NCBI GenBank assembly: GCA_963804955.1
Contig: CAWDSQ010000020.1
Location: forward strand, 32,001-96,000
Direction of reading: 5' to 3'
Source: an uncultured delta proteobacterium
GTDB taxonomy: Bacteria > Desulfobacterota > WTBG01 > CAIYCZ01 > CAIRTM01
DNA length: 64,000 nucleotides
Shown here: positions 58,538 through 64,000 of the stretch, one piece after another
Layout: each line of letters opens with the position of its first letter
Numbering within the stretch: the stretch's first letter is position 1
The notes under the pieces: model-generated
Databases searched by the model: none
What the model was told of the DNA's origin: nothing
What the model saw: the letters and a program-made list of their open reading frames with translations, nothing else
Position numbers and translations under genes: made by a program

Positions 58538-60103
58538 TTAGCCTTTGGGCGGCTCCTGCGGCACCGGGTAATCGGGGTTCGAGGTCAGCCTCGGATCAAC
58601 AGCCTTCTTAATGTTGAGAACCAGTTCATGGTAGTTACACATGGTCGGGCCGGCGATATAATTCATGGGACCCAAAGGCCAGGTGGTGCACATCCTGCGC
58701 TTCACCGCTTCTACAACGGTCTGGGCATAGCTGTTAATGAAGCTTGCGCCGGCGTCAAGATCGTGCTCGAAATAAATAAGGGGTTCGGTCTCTGAGTAGT
58801 GCCCCAGCTGATAGGAGTTCAGCCAGTCATTATGCGTGTCGTCAGGCACGAAGTGCCCCTTTTTCTGGCCCTGTTCAATGAGGGGCCACATATAGTCTTC
58901 GCTCATTTTGTAGCTTTGGTCGATGGAATCAAAGCCGAAGCCGCCGATGACGAAAAAGTCACCTGCAATGCGGAACAACCGGTTTGACAGACCCGTTCGA
59001 ATCTGCTCGCCGATATTGTCCTGGCCGATGCTCCACAGCTCCGAGCCCTCTTCTATATATGCTTCCGCCGAGCTCTTTAACGATTGCGTCAAGCACCTTC
59101 TGCTCATAGGCTATCTGGCGGGAAGAGGAGAATCCGATAAGGGTTACGGAGAGCACATTGCGCCACTGCTTCATGAAGTCCGGGTATTTTTTCCAGAAAT
59201 ACTCAACCGAGGGAGATGCGCCCGAGAGCACCATGGTGGCCGGCTCTTCATGAACGGCTGCTGCTATTTCGGCGTGGCCGACTTCATACATCGCTTCGAT
59301 CAGTTTCTTGCGGTCGGGAAACTTGATAAGATTGAGCTTGAAGCGGTCTTTGGGGAAATCGACTTCAAAGTTCGGGTTTGCACCCTTGACCGGAAAGGAC
59401 TGAGGGCCCTGGATAGGGAAACAGTTTTACCGCCATGCGGGTAACCATGCCCATGCCGCCGCAGTGGCCTGAATCTGCCCGCAGCAGACCTTTCAGGTTC
59501 ATGCCTGCGCAGTCGCCCCAGAACCAGTCCGCACCCGGCATTGCTGCGCGAACCTATATGCAGAATATCTCCGTTTGGCAGCACCCAGTCGCATCCCAGC
59601 ACGCCGCGGTTATAGCCGAATTTATGCCCTGTGCCGCCCATGCCCTGAAACATATTGTTAGCCACGACAGATACCTGGGCGCCGGCCTCTGCTATCGTGA
59701 TGGTCAAACCGTGTTTCATGGCCTCAGCCTGCAGCTGGGCATAGGTCACATACGGTTCCACCACGGCATACATGTTCTGCGTGTCGATTTCGACAATGCT
59801 GTCCATCCGTTTGGGGTCTATGATAATCGTATCGGCCCGGGCCGGTATGGTCGGCGGCAGCAGATTGGTGCCGACCGGAATGTAATTGAACTTATACCGG
59901 TTGGCGATTTTAATGATAGTCTGCACATCCTGCGTACTGCGCGGCAGCACAACAGCTGCGGGCCGGTAGCGGCCTGACTGGGCATGAGTGCTGTAGATCA
60001 GCCACATATAGCTGTAGCCTGAAGTTACAGCCGGATCGTCGCAGATGTTTTCAGCGCCAAGCGCATCGGCAAGCGCCTGATAAGCTCCTTGTGGAAGCCC
60101 CAT
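58538..60103 (-). CDS. FAD-binding oxidoreductase (GlcD/PCMH-type; frameshifted)
   Basis: PAAVVLPRSTQDVQTII, IDPKRMDSI, VEPYVTYAQL, WVLPNGDILHIGS, IKKAVDP. Confidence 0.87.
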
Positions 60104-60131
60104 TATGCATTCCTCCTGATAGAATTATCCG

Positions 60132-60569
60132 TTAAGCGTTTTTTTTGATGGAATCCACAATGCTGTTGATCTGAAAGTGATTTTGATCCGCAAGATCAAA
60201 TTCAACCTTCATGACAAACCGCGTAAAAATAACCCCGATTGAAAGAAAATAAATTGCCCTCGCCAGTTTCTCGGCGTTAACCTGACGGAAGGAGCCCTCT
60301 TTGATGCCCTGACGAATTATACCGGCCAGCGTGCTTATGTATTTGTCGTAAAAAGAAGTAATCATTTCCTTTGCTTCAACACGCTCGGCTTCTTTGGCCA
60401 GAAATTCGATATAGATTTTGAAAAAGTCGCTATGCTCGCCGATGATTGAAATTGCCCGGTCGACAAAAATTTTCAGCCGCTCTTCGGCGTTTTTTCCTTC
60501 ATCGATCCCTGTCTGGATTTCATTAAAATACTTGTTTGTACCGTAGTGAAATATTTCTGTTGTGATCAT
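60132..60569 (-). CDS. TetR C-terminal (ligand/dimerisation) domain only, no HTH
   Basis: Aligns by eye with the C-terminal ~140 aa of 60732-61319 (EERL..F, DFFK..IEFL, FY, GI..G.F, AEK.A.AIYFL); AGGAGG RBS directly before the ATG. Confidence 0.8.
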   Translation of the reverse strand: MITTEIFHYGTNKYFNEIQTGIDEGKNAEERLKIFVDRAISIIGEHSDFFKIYIEFLAKEAERVEAKEMITSFYDKYISTLAGIIRQGIKEGSFRQVNAEKLARAIYFLSIGVIFTRFVMKVEFDLADQNHFQINSIVDSIKKNA

Positions 60570-60698
60570 AAAACCCTCCTATTGTTTGCCGACTGGTCAG
60601 TATAGTAATTTGTCTTAAAAAAAGTCTTTGAAAATTAAAGCATTGTCCTTTTCCGGCAGTAAAAGATTTAGACGACCGGTCAGTGTACCATTATGTTG

Positions 60699-60722
60699 AA
60701 AAAAAGGGGGTTGCGGCCCCCT
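60699..60722 (-). terminator. Terminator after the full-length tetR
   Basis: On the minus strand AGGGGG-CCGCAA-CCCCCT followed by a T run. Confidence 0.7.
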
Positions 60723-60731
60723 GTTTCAGCA

Positions 60732-61319
60732 CTATTCCTTGAGAGTTTTAAAAATATTGTTCAGTTGAAAAGAGTGCTGTTCAATCAGGTCATATTCCAC
60801 ATTGACTGAAAAATACGTGAAAAATGCCCCCATAAAGAGAAAATAGATCGCCAGGGCTGTCTTCTCGGCATCATGGGGTTTAAAAATACCCTTGCGTATG
60901 CCTTCTTCGACATAACTTTTAAATGTGCCGACTGATTCCTTGTAAAAAGCAGTCATCATGTCGCGTATCTCGGAATCACGCACGCCATAAGAAAGAAACT
61001 CAATGCAGAATTTGAAAAAATCGGCATTTTCTTTCTGGATATTACCGGCTTTATTTATGAAAACCTGCAGACGCTCCTCCGGGTTGGCTATATCCGCCGT
61101 GTAATTTTTCAGATAGTTGGTATATCTGTAAACGCGATACTTGAACAGTTCCTGAAAAAGCTCTTTTTTGGATTTGAAATGGTAATAAATACCGCCCTTG
61201 CTGATTTTAGCCTTAGCGGCAATCGTATCCATGGCTGTTTCATAATAGCCTTTTTCATTGAAGCACTGTACGGCAGCCTCAAAAATATCCTCTTTTCTAT
61301 CCCGTTTTGAATCATCCAT
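60732..61319 (-). CDS. TetR-family transcriptional regulator
   Basis: IFEAAVQCFNEKGY..TAMDTIAAKAKISKGGIYYHFKSKKEL. Confidence 0.95.
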   Translation of the reverse strand: MDDSKRDRKEDIFEAAVQCFNEKGYYETAMDTIAAKAKISKGGIYYHFKSKKELFQELFKYRVYRYTNYLKNYTADIANPEERLQVFINKAGNIQKENADFFKFCIEFLSYGVRDSEIRDMMTAFYKESVGTFKSYVEEGIRKGIFKPHDAEKTALAIYFLFMGAFFTYFSVNVEYDLIEQHSFQLNNIFKTLKE

Positions 61320-61339
61320 GGTAGACCTTTTTTTTGATA

Positions 61340-61387
61340 GAACTGACTGGTCAGTTCATATATATCCGATCATGTTTTTTGTGTCAA
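61340..61387 (-). promoter_or_regulatory. tetR promoter with adjacent palindromic operator
   Basis: Minus strand TTGACA-17 nt-TATATA (61387-61359), then GAACTGAC-TG-GTCAGTTC (61340-61357); related GACYGGTCAGT sites at 60591-60601 and 60674-60684. Confidence 0.75.
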
Positions 61388-61684
61388 GATAATTTTAAAC
61401 ATAAGACGGATTCTGCACATATAAAACACTACACTCGTGCTTGTACGGAAAAATGCTGGTTCAAGGTGCATGAAATGTCAGTGGGATTAACTTGCAAACC
61501 AAAACCCATTTCCCGGCCGCAATCTATATGATTTGCCATTAGTGTATTGCTATTTTATAACCTGTTCCTATACTTTTACTGTATAGCTCTGTCTCATCGC
61601 CATTTCTGTTTTTTTAACAGCAGGCTGCAGTCGTGAATTTATCCGCAGCCTGCACAACAATTATTCAAGTGAAGGGAGCAGGTC

Positions 61685-62074
61685 ATGAAAAGATTAGCTG
61701 TTTCACTGTTGAGCCTTGTCATCGCGCTGGGTTTTGCCGGGCTATGTTTCGCAGAAGAGCAGGAGATCGACAAGGCCGACAAGATCAAGCAGGCCCAGGA
61801 AGGCCTTACGAGCCTTGACTATTACAAGGGCGAAGCCACCGGCAAGATGAACCCGGAAACACGCGCTGCTGTAAAGGAATTTCAGAAAAAAGAAATGGAT
61901 ATGAAAATGCCCTCTGGCGTGCTCAATGCTAAAACTTGCGACATGATCTGCAAGAAGGCCGATGAAAAAAAACCCAAGGACAAAGAGGGCGACAAGAGCA
62001 TTATGGATAAGGCCAAGGACAAAGTCGATGAAGGCAAATCCAAAATGATGCCTGCCGCTGAAATGCCCAAATAA
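61685..62074 (+). CDS. Exported protein with peptidoglycan-binding-like domain
   Basis: Signal peptide, IKQAQEGLTSLDYYKGEATGKMNPETRAAVKEFQ...PSGVLNAKT. Confidence 0.82.
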   Translation: MKRLAVSLLSLVIALGFAGLCFAEEQEIDKADKIKQAQEGLTSLDYYKGEATGKMNPETRAAVKEFQKKEMDMKMPSGVLNAKTCDMICKKADEKKPKDKEGDKSIMDKAKDKVDEGKSKMMPAAEMPK

Positions 62075-62090
62075 AAATGTTTCAAGGCAT

Positions 62091-62122
62091 AAAAGGCAGG
62101 CTGTGAGGCCTGCCTTTTTTTT
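62091..62122. terminator. Bidirectional terminator
   Basis: AAAAGGCAGGC-tgtgag-GCCTGCCTTTTTTTT. Confidence 0.82.
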
Positions 62123-62175
62123 CACTACATGCCGCCGGCAGTTCTAAAGCAGGGATGCTTCACTCCTCGCCCTCT

Positions 62176-62822
62176 TTAGCGCCTGCCGCCCCTGAACCAA
62201 TTGCCTGGGGTATGTCCCCCAGAGCCCATGCCGCGATTCTCCCGCTGGGGGAAGCCCCTGCCGAAATCATTCCGCTGGCTGCCCCTCCTCTGAAAGCTGC
62301 GCTCGCGCGAAAAAATATCCTGAATAGTGTCCCGGATGTTCTCAAAACGTTCCTGCCGATTTTCCCTGCGCTCATGCATAAAATTCTGGAAATTTTCCCG
62401 GCGGTCCAGCCGCCGGTCACGCATATTCTCAAGTGTGTCCGCCAGATCGCCGCCGGAACGGCCGTGGCGCCTGTGCCTCAGGTCATGATGATCGTCATCA
62501 TCGTAATAACGCCAGGGATAGCCGTATGTTCCATAGTACGGGGCGGCATACGGATAGTAATCGGGATAGTAGGGATCATAGTAGAATGAAGGGAAGCGCC
62601 GCAGCCGGCTGAGGTACCAGGGGTCATCATAGGCCGGGGCCGGCATGTATTCATCTTCACTCTCTGCATTGCTGCCTGCAGCGTTCGAGGTGAGATTGTC
62701 AAGATAGGCCAGATCGTTGTCCGTCAGCGCCAGCACCGTGTTATTCCGGTGCACTGCACGCGGAGCAGTATCGGCAGAAGCAGCATAGATAAAATGTTAG
62801 CAGCATATTTTTTCACGACCAT
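62176..62822 (-). CDS. Hypothetical exported low-complexity protein (Tyr/Pro- and Arg-rich; frameshift near 5' end)
   Basis: MVVKKYAANILSMLLLPIL signal-like start; YYDPYYPDYYPY and R/E-rich tail. Confidence 0.55.
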
Positions 62823-63340
62823 GCATCCCCTGCGCATCTGTTTAAAGTATATCATGTGAAACATACTCAGAAGCAAAAAAAACAGGGCAGCATCATCAGG
62901 AAACTCGAAATATATATTTAAACACATGGCCGGGAAAGGGTTTGCGAATTTATTAAACCAGAAGAAAGAATCCGGAATTCAGGAGTCAAACTTCGACATG
63001 GAAAATAATAAACACCCCGCCGCAGGCAGCGGGGTATAAAAGTTATTTCGTCATCCAGTCATTTCATTCCGGATTCTGTCCGTCGCTGTTGACTTAAACC
63101 TATTGATAAAAAACCTCTATAACATTATTAGAAAAGTTTTTTAATGCTCCGTAATTGCTTTATTTTTTTAAATTTTAGTCTTTTGTTTTAAGTCTTCCAG
63201 AACAGCATATTCTCGCCATAAGCCCCTGCATAAGTGAATATCATTAAAATTAACAGCATCAATTTTTTTTTCTCTTTTTGACCTTATATGACAAAAGTCG
63301 CGGCTATTGTTCAGGTACAAACAACAGAAAGGAGCATACC

Positions 63341-63781
63341 ATGAAGAAGTTGTTCATAACTATAACGGGTATCGCCATGCTGTTTATTACAACAGCCCGG
63401 GCTGGTGAGCCTCTGGGCAACTACAGTGCAAACCCCTACGGCCATGACTCAACCTCAAACCCCTACAGTGAGGCCGGAAGCCCCTACAGTTCAAAAAGTA
63501 TCAACAATCCTTACGGCATATACGGCAGCCCTTACAGCTCAAAGTCTGCCAGCAATCCTTATGCTTCCGACGCGCCCCGGCTTTATGACAGCCGTGGCAA
63601 CTATCGCGGCAGGCTTTCCAGCAATCCCTATGACCCGGAATCTGTTTCAAACCCCTATGGCCGCTACGGCAGCCCCTATTCATCCGAGAGCATCAACAAC
63701 CCGTATGGCCCGGGCAGCCCGTACCGCACAGACAGCCCCAATAACCCCTATGGCGAGGGCTTGGAAATTATCGGAGACTGA
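63341..63781 (+). CDS. Exported protein with SxxNPYG repeats
   Basis: AAGGAG RBS, signal peptide, repeated NPY/SPY units in two related halves. Confidence 0.8.
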   Translation: MKKLFITITGIAMLFITTARAGEPLGNYSANPYGHDSTSNPYSEAGSPYSSKSINNPYGIYGSPYSSKSASNPYASDAPRLYDSRGNYRGRLSSNPYDPESVSNPYGRYGSPYSSESINNPYGPGSPYRTDSPNNPYGEGLEIIGD

Positions 63782-63853
63782 TAGATTGCCGGCAGACGCA
63801 TGGCTAAACAAGATGACTTATAAAAACCAGTGCCTTACAGGCGAAAGCAGGAT

Positions 63854-64000
63854 ATGAGAATAGATGAGATTTTAAAATATTTGCCTCAGTTGGCAGGTAA
63901 AAAAATTAAAAAGATTTGTTACTGTGAACCGCAGCCGGGCTACGAACCGTTTACACAATCTGTATTTTGAGTTTGACGATGGCAGCCATTTTGAAATGTA
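63854..64000 (+). CDS. Possible hypothetical protein, truncated by the window end
   Basis: AGGA before ATG, MRIDEILKYLPQLAGKKIK...; no recognisable motif. Confidence 0.3.

Overview
Bacterial chromosomal window, most likely from an anaerobic Deltaproteobacteria/Desulfobacterota-type organism (inferred from the gene content only). Many genes, including housekeeping ones (purA, mnmA, nhaA), are split by 1-bp frameshifts, often at homopolymers. This looks like an unpolished long-read assembly, so gene spans below are reconstructed across frameshifts and their ends are approximate. 1-16.6 kb is core-like: TRAP dctPQM, larE-mnmA, a CXXC mini-protein with a polyferredoxin, an M16 peptidase pair, TPR and LolB-like proteins, a receiver-glgC pair, slipin-nfeD, tRNA-Phe, purA and tRNA-Lys. 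17-22.5 kb is a cyanophycin cluster (cphA, ABC transporter, DUF1854-like). 23-34.7 kb holds a giant (~2200 aa) surface repeat protein, a small membrane-anchored protein, a secreted Zn-PLC/P1-nuclease-fold enzyme, and a Y1/HUH transposase bounded by 28-bp inverted repeats. 36.5-61.3 kb is a ~25 kb MarR/TetR-controlled anaerobic redox/catabolic cluster with duplicated SDRs, geranylgeranyl-reductase-family flavoproteins, FAD-oxidoreductase/CCG Fe-S modules, a thiolase and a DUF1329-like protein. Its most striking parts are (i) a tandem pair of ferredoxin-dependent bilin reductase / RCC-reductase-fold genes, one fused to its own 2x[4Fe-4S] ferredoxin, with no heme oxygenase or phycobiliprotein in the window, (ii) an exported CxxCH cytochrome c-PNPOx-barrel fusion only partly seen by the ORF track, and (iii) an HTH-less TetR paralogue with its own ribosome-binding site.
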